Shown piece by piece: positions 10,601 to 24,700 of a stretch of 64,000 nucleotides of DNA (the first letter of the stretch is position 1; each line of letters opens with the position of its first letter). The notes below the pieces were generated by a model. That model saw nothing but the letters and a program-made list of their open reading frames with translations, was not told where the DNA came from and did no database searches. A program made the position numbers and the translations under genes. Source of the DNA: Yuukianura sp. NJ FZ-2021 (taxonomy: Eukaryota); NCBI GenBank assembly GCA_046563655.1, contig CM102284.1, positions 7,006,001 to 7,070,000 of the forward strand, read 5' to 3'.

Positions 10601-13600
10601 CGGCGTGCTTCAGGGTCCATTCCTAAAAAAATAGTTTTTTGAAAATGTGATCACTGATTTTTTCGGGGGTATTTCAAAAATGTTCTGAAAAATGCGTAAT
10701 GTAGTACCTGAAGTTGGTTCATCAAGAATTACAACCTGAAAGCACAACAAAAGCAAGCCGAACTTACAAAACTGGATGTGTCATTATTTTCAAAAACATG
10801 CATTGGAAAACTGTTTTGACTGACCTTTGTGCCTCCGATTAGGGCCATTCCGAGACAAAGTTTCCGCTTCTGGCCTCCGGACAAACTCTGTGACATCACA
10901 TGCTTCTTTTCATTGAGCCGAAGTTTCTTGAGCAAATGTTTTGCCTCCTTAGTTGCAGCCGAACCTGCAAGGCCTTTGATCTAAAGTTTAAAAAAAATCA
11001 AAATTCAAAATTTCGAAAATGTGATTTTTGAATTTTTTTTTTGATTTCGTTATTACCCTGCCGAAAAATACAAGGTGCTCCATGACAGTGAGCTGGTCGA
11101 AGAGCATGTTGTGTTGCGGACAGAGACCAAGCGATTCCCGAGCTTCGTCCAACTGATGCTTGATATCGTACCCACTAAGATATGCATTTCCGGAAGTTGG
11201 CGGAAATAGACCTAGAAATTGTTTCGGTTGAGGTCAAGGTCGATGGTCAAAAGTTACTTGCAATGCCAAGGGTTAATTACCGGTCAACATTGACATTGCT
11301 GTTGTCTTCCCAGCACCATTGTGACCAAGAAGAGCAGTGATTTGCCCTTCGTACATCTTTATTGAAATGTCATTGACAGCAATTTTCTTCTTTCCAAATT
11401 TTTTGGTGAGTTTATGAATGACGACTCCAGGGTTGAGGGTATCTGGTTCCGTTTCGAATCCGGGTTTCGTCGATTCGTGAAGTGAGAAAATGGATTGTCG
11501 CCGAAACTCCACTTTTTTCTTTGGAGTGATCCAGGTTGAAGGCTAACCAAACAAAAAAAAATGGCACAGTTGAAAATGCTACTCGGAAAATTTCAAAATT
11601 CCGGTGAAAAGCCGTTACCTTCAAGAGAAAGTACCAAGGGCGCCGGATTCCGTACTTTGTGGGCATAATTGCTTCAATGTATAAGGTCAACATGGAGTAC
11701 ACAATAACATCGACAATGAACATGCAGCAAATGTTGCCGACAGATAAACCGTCAACGGCACTCAACGGTTCCCAAAAATTACTCCACCGTGCTCCAGCGG
11801 CTAAAATCAAACAAAAAGTCAACAACTTTCTCTTAAAAATTTTAAACCCAAAAAATTAGTAAAAACTGACGTTCGTACCTCTTCCTTCAAAACCACACAT
11901 GACCTAAGACAGCAAAAAGAGAAAACATATTGACATGAGTTCGGCGAAGGCTAAGCTTAACATAACGTGACCTTGAATCATTCTACACAAGAATCTTAGT
12001 TTTAGATTACTGACCTTGATTATCCAGTGAAGACCCATGTTCGGTATGAGTGAAGACAACAACTTGCTTTTCAGTGAAAGTGTCATGTAATTTCTCTCGA
12101 GCGGTATCAGTGGGGCAAAATACGAAACCAACCAAATCACCACTCCAAACGTTGTAGCCAACGTAGCTAAAAAAAGAAAATAAAATAAAAACTGAAAAAC
12201 TTTTTGTTAAAATTTTGAATTTCCAATTTCAATTTCGAAATCTTTCATATCATAACGGCAACCAATCTGCAAACTAAGGCCTGAGTTTATCATGGCGAAT
12301 TTTGCAAACTTTTTAACTGACGCTGAAGATCGTCAATCATTTGGACTAAACCAAAAAATGCTCAAAAAAAATTAAAAATTTTGTTGAAATCTTACGTCTT
12401 TCCGAGAACGTTGAGATGAAGAAGCAGAAGGAAGTTGCGGCCATAACGAACAGGAAGAGAGCCACCCACCAGACCAGTGGATTGCCAAATCCAATAACTG
12501 GACCAGTTTTTTCATTGAAGGGATAAAATAGCAGGAAGATCACAATGGAAATACTAAAACACAAAACCAGTAGAGAGTTCATCATCCACCCCAGCCAGTG
12601 CATCCAATTTGGCAAACCCATCAGTTTCATCAGTTCCTAAAAATCAACCAAAGATTAAAGAAAAGACAAAAAACAATACAATTTCAAATTTTGTAAGAAC
12701 AAGGTATGACGAAGAACTAAAAGCTCACACTGGGAAAAGAATCGAAGAGAGAAAAAAATTTGAAGTGACGTTTAAGGTTTTCAAAAAATCAAATTCTAAA
12801 CGCCGCATAAAGAAATTTTGAAGATAAGTTTGAAAATTAGGCATTTGGTGACAGCTGTATTGAATAGTCAAGATAAGAAAAGACTTTAGGCTTTAATCGG
12901 TTAATTAACTCAAGTTTTAGTCAATTAATTGAATAAATTCAGATTGAATTAAAATTAAACTTACCTTGATTCCACTTTCTCTTTCTGAAACGACATTTCG
13001 GATGGTCGAAGGCACAATGAAAATGAATCCAAGCACAAGAAACAGCGGGAGGAAAATGAAGTAGAACTGAGAAAAATCTTTCACTTCAATGTACGGTGGA
13101 TACGGAAAAACTTGAGTTTGAATCTGAAAATTTACAAATTTCAAAATTTCAGCAACACATTTTTAGAAAAAAAAAACAAGTAAATTTTGCTCCAACCTCT
13201 TCCGATGCTGGAATCCCAGTCATCATTTCAATTAGAACTCGATCCAGCAAGATTTGAACTCCAATGTGACCTCCTAACGTGTACTTGGCAGCATTTTCTA
13301 AAAACAAAGCAAAAAATAAGTTATAAAATTTTACGCCATCAAACTTTTTCTTGAAGTTTTACAACTGATTTTTCAAAATGTCAAGTTTCCGCTCCGTTTT
13401 TCAGAAACTTACCCAATTCAGGTCCTGGAAATTGAAACCACTGAAAAATATTTTCAGTCAGGATGTCATATGCTGCTGGACGAAGTCTATAGCGGACTTT
13501 GTACCCCTTGGGGAACGACCCATTGAGTGCTTTAGCAAGCAGGTCAGGGTCATTCGGGAATTCAAAAACAACAGCCGACTTGAGCTTTGGATCATCATAA

Positions 13601-15115
13601 GCAGATTTCAAATCAGCAACTTCAGCAAATTCTTCCAGTTTCCGTTCCGTTTCAAAACCTTTCGTACCTAAAAAATTAAAAATCACAGTAAATAAAATGT
13701 AATGTTTCTTTGAAATCTCAAAATCGAAGTTGATTTTTTCAAGTTTTTTGGACTTACCGAATTCACTTTGGGGTAGTTTCTCCTTGAAGCGTCTAATAAT
13801 TTCATCCGTGAGATTATTTGCAGGCGCATAGGCAAAAACACAGTCGTTACATAGAATATTTATTGAAGTGTAGTCAAATAACTCCTGTAGGAAAAACAAT
13901 AATTGAATAAAACCAAGGGCTTCAATTTATGCAATTTGAGCAATTAATTCAAACTTTAAGATCACAAAGCTCCAAGATCTCAATTAACTAGATTCCAAGG
14001 ACATTGCACATAAACAACTTCCTCTTCAATTCTGTTGTTTTTCAAGTTCAACTTCATAAACAAGGTGAAGAAAAGAAATATCAGTCAGTTCGACTGCGAT
14101 AAAGTTTAAAATTGATTTCGCTTGAACTGACACAAGTCCTATTAATTCAAACTTATTTGTTAAAGTTGAAAGTAAATTTGAAAAGGAGAATCAGAATCGA
14201 AAAAACCAACTTTTTGGAACTTCTGCGAAGCTATAATTTAAAGTTCCATTCAAAAAAGTAATTTCTATCAGATTCTTGTTGGCAACTTAGTTATTCGAAT
14301 TGGCAAAAACTAGATTTACGAGTATTTCATATTATGCACACGTACTATGTCATGTAAGCCACTTTCAGAAATTTATGGATTACTGGATTCCCCAAATTGC
14401 ACAACGTGAAACATGGTTTTCGCTGAATTTTGAAATATGGAAATTTGATTTTAAAACGGGAACAACCTTCAGTAAGAAACGTTAAAGAATCTTAAGAAGA
14501 ATTTCGAAACTGGGGATGATTCAGCCAAAAAAAAACGCTAAAATATTGCTATTTCATCCGTTTAAAACAAGGTGCCTCGACACGAAAAATTAATTTTGTT
14601 TAACTTTTCGGGGAAGGTATCTTGGTTTAAAAAAAAAAGTTAAATGAAACGATAACATAATTTCAACTTTTGGTCAAACTTCGATCTTGAAACAGAAATA
14701 TTTCTTACACCAAAATTGAAAAATGTTGCAAAAAGTTTTGAAATAGTTACGCTGGATTTTCTCAGGGAAATGTTTTTTTTTTTAGAGATCATAATAAAAA
14801 TCTTTACCGAAATCTTAAAGCTCCTTTTGTTCTTCTTTTGTTGAAAAATCTACAATTTTGTGTACAAATTTCGAAATTTCGTACCTGTTCCGTAGTTGGT
14901 GGGAACATGGAGATTCGATCAACGACCTTGTAGGAACCTTCATCTAGTTGAGTACGTAAGAAAGCTAAAATCCCCGCCAGAACTGTTGGCAAAATGATTT
15001 CCAGCGTAGTTACCACATAATGTCTTTTTCTAAACAAAACGTTTTTCCAAACGAGTAAATACAGGCGTCGGAAGAGGTGCTTGAGCCTCTCCTTTCTTGT
15101 TAGAGATGATCCCAT
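4625..15115 (-). CDS. ABC transporter subfamily A (ABCA3-like lipid transporter), about 29 coding exons
   Basis: N-terminus LLVWKNVLFRKRH. NBD1 GHNGAGKTT (~11300), LSGGQKRKL, VVILDEPTSGMDP, ILTTHFMEEADILGDR. NBD2 GLLGVNGAGKTT, YSGGMRRRLS, LLDEPTSGVDP, ILTSHSMEECEALC. C-terminal SVSETTLEEVFL. GT-AG introns; start 15115, stop 4625. Confidence 0.95.
5569..6530 (+). CDS. SMUG1: Single-strand selective monofunctional uracil-DNA glycosylase, nested antisense in ABCA intron 5189-6961
   Basis: Exons 5569-5813, 5878-6130, 6213-6530 splice in frame. Motifs [49 protein letters not shown] and HPSP are characteristic of the SMUG1 family. Confidence 0.95.
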
Positions 15116-18100
15116 GGTTCAGCAGTTCTGGGACCAATGAGATCTCTGTATTCCGAATTTGCTAAACTTTGCACATGAGTCGCACTGTTTCTGGAACGTT
15201 CCCTGGGAATATCAAAAGTTTAATTAGAACCTGATCGCCAAATTAATTAGCCTCTTTGCAGAAAGAGTTCTCACGGAGGTACTACCTACAGAGAATGTCA
15301 GTTTCAAATGAAAATGAAATTTACACTAGTGTTGGTCAGGGGGTTGAAATTTAACAGGGGTAGAATAGTTACTCCCTCCACAAAGCAACTTCAGGGTAGT
15401 TAGCGTCTGAAAAACTGGATTTTTGTGCCAGTTTTTTCTCTTTTTTTCAAGCACAATGTCCCAAGGAAGGCCAACAACAATTCAAAGTTTTTTTTTGAAT
15501 TTTGATTTCTGCAAAAACGATGACACGAACTTATCAAACTAATCTGGCTTCACTAGGGAATCAATCGTTATATACCTTAACCTAACCAAGGAAAATGGCG
15601 CGTAACGTAATAAATTTGCAAATATTTAAAGTAGTCCAGTAGTTAGTTGACCCATTGCCAATTTTTAGCAAAAAAAAAAGTTGCAAAAATTCCACCCCAC
15701 TAACGTGACAACTTCTGTCCATACTATTTTTTAGAGTCTTTCCAGATTTCCTCCAGCCTTTTGTACTATTTGTGGTTAACATTTTTAATTGAAGTGTTAA
15801 TGACCAGTTAACTTTAAATTCTAATGCAGCGTTTCCTCTTTTGAAGGTTTCACAAAAACAGCTTGCCGAAAACATTTCCGCAATTTTTTTTTGCAATCCG
15901 TCCGTAAACTAACCAAGAGAAGAGACAATAAACCCAAACTTTTGCAATTTTGCAAAAAATTTGTCAATTCGTCGAGGCTCCTGTTTGCAAAAAATCCGAA
16001 ACCACAAATCCATGTCTCGTCAAATTGTTCGACTTGCATTAAACTGTCACCATTACTCAAAAATTACACAAATTACTAATTCAAAAGCGTAATTAACTCA
16101 TCCCACACTGCTTCCACTTCCTCAACCTAAATTTTAGCACGTTTTGCGGAGTAGACTTTACTTTTTGTGTAATAAATTTGGAAAATTACAAAACTTACAA
16201 TAGGAAAACTTTTCATAAAAATTAAAAAACAAGTTTTATAACAAAACAAGCGTTTTTTACCTTTGAGCAACAACTTTTGCGTCACTTTTGCAAAATAATT
16301 ACACCGGAGATGCTAACATTACGTCAGAAAATGAAGCCGACGCATATAAAATAATTTGCAAATTGCAAACTTTTTAACAAAACTGAAATATTTCACGCAA
16401 ATGATCAGCTCATAAACACTGCACTGTGCTATTCTCGTCTTGTTAATTGAAAAACTTTTGAACTAAACAATTAACACTTAGCAATTGACACTTTTAATTA
16501 ACTTTTCAACTAAAGTAATAAAATAAGGCCTCTTCTGTCTCGAGTAACAATGGGAAACTATACAAAGTTTGGCCCTGATCCAATGTCAAGTAGGTTTGCA
16601 GACCAAAAATAATTTTTGCAAATTGCCTTCTTAGCAGAATGAACAATTGTACACTTTGTTGTGCTAAAACGCTAAGAAAGACTGCAGCACTCTTTACAAA
16701 ATGCAAAGCTTTAAGTCTTCTGTGCTCCCTCACAACCTAAACTTAAGTGCAAACTGATACGTTTTGCGTGCGTGCAAAAAGTTTAGGTTTGACAGTGACT
16801 TGACCCACAGGCAAAATTCAACGGTGGTTCCCATACACTACACTGCTCATTTATTGGAAATGGGAACCCACATCACATAGCTTAGGAGATTCAAGATTTT
16901 ACAGACTGTCAATGGTCAGTCGAAGGAATTCTTTCAATGAAAAAGTCCCCACGGTGGTGGATTCGCACGGTTTAACAATACGTTTCACAGCCTTCGCCTT
17001 AGCGATGGCCCTGGGCCTTCGGAAAGTAAAGAAAATAATTTAGTTTGTCATTTTCCTTTAGTTGAAGAAGCCCTCTTAGCCTCCTTTTTAATGTTGACGC
17101 AGATTTTGAAATTTCCTTCCCCATGTAAAAGTAACTTATTATGCTGTAACTGATGAGTACTTTGAGGAAATTGCCAATTCAAAACCGGTTGATGGTCGTT
17201 ATTCGCAAAATTTTACCAAATTGACATCATCATCATCTTATCCTTACGAGTTTCGAATAACTTGCATAGTTTTTTAGTGTATCGATTCGTAAGATGGGTG
17301 GAAGGTGACTGCGACTGGGAGAAAAACAACAGCACATCAAGATTCCTACAATGACGTTATAGGCCGTGTGAATCGTGATGGTTCGCCTTGAATTTTTTTC
17401 TCATATGAAAAAAAAATTGCAAAGATTTTTTTGTCTTTGCAGATTCTCTGGATTTGGAAAGCAACATGCACGTTATTAGCACAATTAATGGAAATCCCCC
17501 CGAAAGCCAGATTGAAGATTAACCTTTTACAGCACAAAGTTGATTAAGATGAAAAAAAAAATGATGGCACTGCGCTGCTGTCTTTTCAGTTGTATAATAT
17601 TTGCAACGTGTCTCCCACCGTAATTTCTTAAATAAACAATGAAATTATTTTTCCAGCGTTTACTTTTACGTAGAACATCGTGTATAGAAATTTTAGATTT
17701 TTCCAAATGAAGCAGAAGAAGTTGGTTAGACCATGCGGAAAAAAGTGCGCGAATTTTTCCTATGACGTACGATATATTAGTACTCAAGTATAAGTATAAT
17801 AAGTATAACCAGAAGAGCAAACAAATTTCGCAACACTTTTGGGGGCGGGGGAGGATCTATGTAGGGGAGGGGATAGGTTGTACAATTTTGAATTTTAAAA
17901 ACGAAATTAACGTTGCAGTTTTTTGAAACTTTCTCATATATGCAGCATAATGCATATTAAAAAGTGAAAAAAAAGATGCGCTTGTAAGAAATTACCAAAA
18001 CCGCCACTGTATTTTTTACGTGTTGTTCCCGTACCCACGCTAAGCAGTAAAAATTTTGTGTCATCGCTTCATGCTGCGTCACTTATTAATCCTTCAGTTT

Positions 18101-18734
18101 TGTCGCACGCAAAGTTCACCAAATGACGCAACTAGGATTATCACTTGCGTAATTGCACTAATTTTTGAAGAATAAAGAAAAAGACTGACATGACATGTCT
18201 TTGATTTCAATCATGCACGTAAAAATTAAACTTTATGACTCATTTTTTTTTATAAGTCCAAAGTACGACACATAAAACAACTTTTTTTTCCCAAAAATAA
18301 AAATAATTGGCCAAAAAATCTCTTTTGTTTGAAATATTGCTGGGAACTTTCCGGTTTTTGCTTTTTGGAAAATTTGGCTGGACGAGCTACGTCACGCGAA
18401 TTTCGCGAACTTAAGCACATGAGAATTTAATTGACACCTAACCTATAATAGAAACGTAATGCTAGGATTGCAAATTTTTTTTGCAAAAGGAAATACTAGT
18501 TCATGAGCTTCATGATCAGTTAGCTTTTCCTTTGCCAAAAAATCAACCTATTGTTGCTATGTTTTGACTCATGCCTGTGGCTTAGCATTCTTCATTTCAT
18601 TTCCCTATTGTTTAGTGAGGTGGGCAAAATAATTGCAAAGGCTACTCGTCCACTAAAGTGTTGATTTGAGCAACATCCGTAGGGAACTCAGGTGAGTTAA
18701 TGAGCTACTGAGTTACGTATGTGCTGTAGTTCGG

Positions 18735-18752
18735 TCAGTCAGTCAGTCAGTT
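18735..18752 (+). promoter_or_regulatory. Possible arthropod initiator (TCAGTT) for the SEC14-like gene
   Basis: (TCAG)4TT ending in TCAGTT about 55 nt upstream of ATG 18805. Motif match only. Confidence 0.35.
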
Positions 18753-18804
18753 ACTAAGAGACTTTGACTTCACTGCGCGTAGAAACCTACGCGGCAACAT
18801 CATC

Positions 18805-21202
18805 ATGGGCTACGCAAACATTTTGCTAGTGATTGGCCTGATTCCGCTACTAACTGCTGAGAATTTGGCGGGATACAGTCGAGAAGAGCTTACTAAAGCC
18901 AAAAACGTAAGTCTGTGAAATTGAAAAAATGGAACTTTTTCAGAAAATCCTCTTTGATTTGTAAATCATTCCAATTTTCCCCCAAAAATGGAAACTATAT
19001 TGAAAAAATTTTTGGATTTAGTTACGAGAGAACTTGGTAGACGAACTGAGCGAGGAGTACATGATGAAGGACGCCTGGCTTGTGCCTTGGCTTCGAGGTA
19101 ACCACAATCTAAAGGTCACTGTCAGGAGCGTGTCACTTGTTTAAGCAAATGTGCCTAAAATTGGCAAACGAACTTCCCCAATATCCTTACATAGCGCTTG
19201 TAACACCTATCTTCAAAGATTAACACAACAATGACACTGAATCCGGGGGGTTTAAAACCGTCTAAAGTATCAAAAACGTCAAATTCTTAGCTTACCTTGC
19301 TGAACGTCGGCGAATTCCCTTCATTAACATGGCTATTCCCGTTCCTTATAACGAAGTGCAGAAATCTTCTGGACACAAACGTAGTAAGACCCGTTCCAGG
19401 AGGAGTTGCGATCCTTGTTAACGTCGAAGAGACACACCTATACATAGTAGTATAAAAGACATTGTTTAGGTCCATACGTTGATACTTGGTTAATCGATGT
19501 GGCAATTGACTGACTGTTACAATGAACAAATGAAAATGAAACTAAATTAAACGCATCCGAAACCATTGACCGGATTGACCTTACCGAACGTCAATGAAAC
19601 GTTTCACCCAAACACAAAGTCCACTCTCTCCATTCCCATTTCAAAAGGAGAATCAAAAAACTGTGCTGACGTTTGCCGAATCCCATTAGAAACTAACACT
19701 TTCGTTAATCAACACTTAGTAAAAATTAATTGAACAATTGAACTTGGACTTGACAATTCCTTCTTCCTTCCTAGCAGGTCGCATTCCTCTGTTTACCTTT
19801 TCAAATTCAAGTTTTTCCCGCCACCTCCCCACCAACTTTTGAGGGGTAACGAGAGCCTTTTTTGGTGGGAAGGCTTTTGCTTCGTATAATCTCCGCATAA
19901 CTCCCGCCTAAAATCAAGAGTGCACTTTTTCGCAAACAGTGTGGGCCGATCACCAAATGATCACACTGTGATACTTATGTGACTGTCACTCACTCTCCTT
20001 CGTTGTATTAAATTATTTTTCAAATAGCGTACAAACGCTAAGCATAATTAACTTATATCCACCTTTAGTACAACAAAAAAATGTTTTAATTTCATAAAAA
20101 ATCTGATGCAAACGGTTCCCTTCTTTACGTTTTTCCCGCGTTTTTGCGGGAAACGATTGGAAATGGCTGAAAACGTCGTTAAAAGTGAAAATGAGAGAGA
20201 AAATATCGAAGATTTGGCAAAAAAGATTCTAAAATTCTAAATTCTGAACTGAAAAAACTGTAATTTAGTATTGTCATAGGACGGGAAATATTTCTCAGTT
20301 AAGCATGACCCTTGTGACCTTTTAAATTTCAATTTGGCAGCTAATGGGAACGACTTGGTTGGAGCTGAGAACATGATTCGAAAGTCCCTTGAGTGGAGAC
20401 AAGTAAACAAAATGAATGAAATCCTCAAAGAAGATTTCTCCAGAATCTACAAAATCTTCCGTAAGTTTATACTTTGAGGACTGGAAGGCCCATGGAAGAT
20501 GCTTTGGCAGTATCAGGTTCTCCAGTGAAAGGTGTCCCTGGAGTGCTTTTTTTGTAAGTTGGTTCTTTATGGTCTCTTGTTACAGCCTATTGGATGGATG
20601 GCTATGACCTGGAGGGGAGACCCATTGTTGAACTACCGCTTGGACAATGGGATGTCAGGAGAGGAGTCCTTGCAGGGCTCAGGACTCAAATTTCTCGCTA
20701 TTTGTATCAAATGCTGGAACGGGGAGCAAAGAAAGTAAGGGACACGGCACGTGACAAGGGTGAAAACATAACGCAACTGGAGCTGATCATGGACATCAAC
20801 GGCTACTCGGCCAAGTCACATGGTTGTCTTACCTGTAAGTGACGAAAATTCCGAATTCTTGAGTAAATTCCGAAATTTTGAGCAAATCCTGAAATTTTGA
20901 CTGTTTTTGTAGGTTTTCCGATATACATTGACTTTTTAACATCGTATGAAGCCAACTACCCGCAAATGGCACGAAACATTACGCTGATCAACTGTCCCCG
21001 AATCAGCGATTCTCTTTTGAACTTGCTAAAAACCGTGCTCACTCCAGCGACATCCAATGCACTCAAAGTGTATGGCTACAACAAAGGTGAATGGAAAGAC
21101 GTTTTGTTGCATCACATTGATCCGAAGCAGCTCAGCGCTGAATTTGGCGGAACAAAAATACGCGAACGATTTCGGCCGTCGACAACAGAAGCGTCGATGT
21201 AA
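18805..21202 (+). CDS. SEC14-like CRAL-TRIO lipid-binding protein with signal-peptide-like N-terminus
   Basis: Exons 18805-18906, 19022-19097, 20341-20460, 20586-20834, 20913-21202 join in frame. Motifs WLRA...AENMIRKSLEWR, DGYDLEGRPI, ELIMDING, YEANYPQMARNITLINCP, IDPKQLSAEFGG. Confidence 0.88.
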
Positions 21203-21746
21203 ATGTTACCGAAAAAATATTTTTTGAATCACTTCTGTCTCAATTTCTGTGAGAAAGAAAGAATATTTTGTCAAAACGTTCAAAATACTTTCACCAAACC
21301 TTCAACTTTTCACACTTTCTTCTGTAACACAAAAAAATCACAAATAGAAATTGTTTTTTAGAAACTTCGGTTTTGGTCTGTCCGAATCTTCATTTTCGGA
21401 GTAATCTTTACTAAAATTTACAACTAAATTTTTAAATTTTTGGCTAAAATTAATCAACCATTGTTCTAATTTCTAAAATCTTCAAATTCAAACTGTAGAA
21501 CAGCAACTGACTTTCTTTTTTGGGAGACAAATCATGGGGTTGTAGGGTTTTGGAATTTAGTGAAATTTTAAAATTTGTCACCAAATTGAATTACTTCTGA
21601 AGTTAGTTTGAGTTTAACTGCTTTTGTAAATAAAGTAACTTTAAATTAAAGTTAATTAAGTTACTTAAAGTTAAAATTGGTTTTGTTAAGCACACGTCCT
21701 TAGCACCATCAACTCTAACATTGTAAGAAAGGCGATTGAAGGGGTC

Positions 21747-24700
21747 CTAAATTTCTTTGAGGTACTTGAGTGGGACGTGACCCTGTTTGTTCTCTCCGTT
21801 CCGTATCATCACCATTCCATTGGACTCTTCGCCCATTTGGATCACAACCTAAGTTAAAAACATAAGTTATGTAAAGTTATGCTAAGGTTGACCTTTGACC
21901 TCGTACCTGGTCCCTTAGAAGCTTGAGTCCACTGTCAGCACCGTCCGTCACTTGCAGATTGTGCGTTACCTGAAGCACCTTCTCTCCTGATTGGAGTTTC
22001 GTCACGTATGTAGAGGGAAAGTAACCTTGACGACCGAGGCACTTGCCTTGCCACCAATCCGGGTCAGTCGTGTCTGTCACCGTGACCTTATACCCCGCCC
22101 TAAGGTGAAAGTCATTAAGTTAGGTGAGAGCACGCCATTGTTTCGAAAAGTTTGTTTCGAATGCGAATTGTTTCGAAAAATAATTCTTTCGAAACAGAAA
22201 TTGTTTAGGGTTTAAACCTTAAGATTAGGTTAATTTTGATTACATTGGTTAGGCTAGTTTAAGTTTAGGTTAATTACATTATTTTAGATTTAAGTTAGGT
22301 ACATAAAAATGAGCGTTTCGAAACAATTATTTTTCGAAACAATTCAATTCGAAACATTTGTATTCGAAGCAATGGCATGACACCGATGACCTTACTTGAG
22401 GTCCATTTCATCAGGATGTCTCGCCTTGAACATGTAGAGTACCACGTAGAGATTTGTTGGCAGGAGTCGATGGGGTTTCTACGTTCAAACAGAACAAAGT
22501 TTCAGCATTTAGAACAACCGTTTACAAGGAAAAGTAGAATGGAAAGTGCCTGGAGAGGGAACTTAGGTTACAGGCTGACCTAGGTCTGCCAGAGACTTCA
22601 AAGGGCCTTTGTGTGACAAGGAGTGACAGTAAACTGGCTTACGGGGGAAGGACATGGTGAAGTACTGGCAGAACTCAGGCTCTTGTCATTTTCATCCGGA
22701 AGTTCTACTGAGCTCATCCGAACGTTCCGAGCACTCAGCAGTGCTCTCCGATTGTGAACAGGGCTGGAAGGGGCTGAAAAACATTAAAAAAGAATGTCAG
22801 TTTTTACTAAAACTTTTACATTTCGTAATTTTAATAGAGGCAGAGAAAGTTCGAAAATTTAGAAATTTTTCATTAGCAAGAACACCAACGATCAAGTTTT
22901 TCACAAAAGATTGAAAATTAGCACTGAAATTGTAACAATCAACATCAAAAAAGTTTGGCAAGCTAAGAAGAAAGCAGCAAATAGTCAAAATCGGGGAAAT
23001 GCAAAGCAGCGACAGTCAAGCCAACGACTTTCTAAAAAACACTGCGGCGGCAGCACACTGACCACATTTTGGTATTTTTAAAACGTTTTTTAAAGTTAGA
23101 CTTGAGTACCAAAGTGATTGACAAATTGAGCAGTGGTGGGCGGAGGAACAAAGCGGAGGAGGGCACCGTCAATGGACCTGCGATTGCCCAAAGCGGCACT
23201 CGTCCTCCCCAGTAGAATGTCTCTCCAGTTGTAGTCTGCAAAAGACCCAAGACAAGGTCACCCCGTGTCAATTTCGGGTCAAAGGTCAACTATTGCTACA
23301 CCTTTAGGTCAAAGGGCAACTAGCTCAGACTAGAGAAGGAAAAGCTACGAAGAAAGGAAGAGAAAGTCAAAATCAAAATCTGAGAGAGAATCATGCTGGA
23401 ACGAAAGGAAACGATTTTGGAAAGCAAGAGAGAGATAGGACAGAGAAATAGGAGCCAAAATTTGAATTTTAGCAGAGAAAATGACTCCGAGTGACCTTTG
23501 ACCTTGTTTTTATCGTTCATTTTGATATTGCTCACTTCCAGTAGGATTTTGAAAACTTTCTCTCACTGGAAATATTGAAACTAAAAGTTTCTGATGCTTC
23601 ATTTCTGTGCAATGCTAAATTTTGCAAATTGTATGAGTTGGGTTGAGGTCAAAGGTCAAAGGTCACTTGAGGTCATTGTGAATAGAAGGTAAATCCGTTA
23701 CATTGACTGTGGGAGGTTGATTGACTTCCGTGGGCATATCGCCTTCTGTTGGCATGTTCTGTTGACTCGGGAGAGTCCAGTGAAAAGCTTTTCATCCTTA
23801 GATCCAACTTCCGCCGTCTAGGACTGTGCGGGGCTACAAAGGAGGTCAAAGTTCAAAAAACACTAGAGTAAAAAACTAATGTAAAAATGACTGTAAAACA
23901 CTCTGTTATTTAATCAGAGGTCAAAGGGCAGAGAGGCAGAGAGGTCAACACACTCAAACAAGTGTTAATTAGCTTCTCCAAAGTGTTTAATTAGTCATGC
24001 ACTTCTCAAAATTTGCCTAACAAAAAGGGTTAAATTAGCATTTGCGTTTCTACTCAAAATTTTTAGACCTGTTTGTACTTAGCAAGGAAATTTTACAGCA
24101 AACAACTTGTCTCGAGGAAATTTTCGGCAAACAATTTCCTTCAAGAAAATTTTTCAACAAAAATTTTGTCTTTGGAAAACTTTTCAGCATAAATTTTGTC
24201 CCTGGCAAACTTTTCAGCAAAAATTTTTTGTTGGGAAAACTTTTCAGCAAAAATTTTGTTGCAGGAAAACGTTTCAGCATAATTTTGTTAAGTGCTGCAT
24301 TGTCCTTAGACTTTCGTGTGTTAGTTGCTTTCTATGAGGTTTACATTTGTTAAAATTAAAAATTTTGAAAATTGTAAAAACATTTTTGAAAAAGTGTTTC
24401 GAACAAGTACTGCGGGCAGTACTTTGTGTAGAGGGTAGTGAGATGGCCCTTGGCGGGGGCAACAGAACCAGAGACTGTCCATCAGCATCTGCTGACACGC
24501 TCTTCTTGCTTACGTAACTATCTCTCCGTTGTCCTAGGTAATATGAGGTCAGAGGTCAAAACGTGCTTCAATTACATTATTATATATTATATAACAAGTT
24601 ATTTCGGTATAATAACTCATTATTTAACAATCCTAATCTTCCCTTGGCCAAAACCCTCCAGAGATCCCATCAAAACCAAAAGTTAATTTCCTAGAAATCA

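Noticed and set aside
19287-19529. Minus-strand ORF with a splice-donor-like end inside SEC14 intron 2
   Set aside because: No recognisable protein features and no compatible partner exon identified; could be non-coding.
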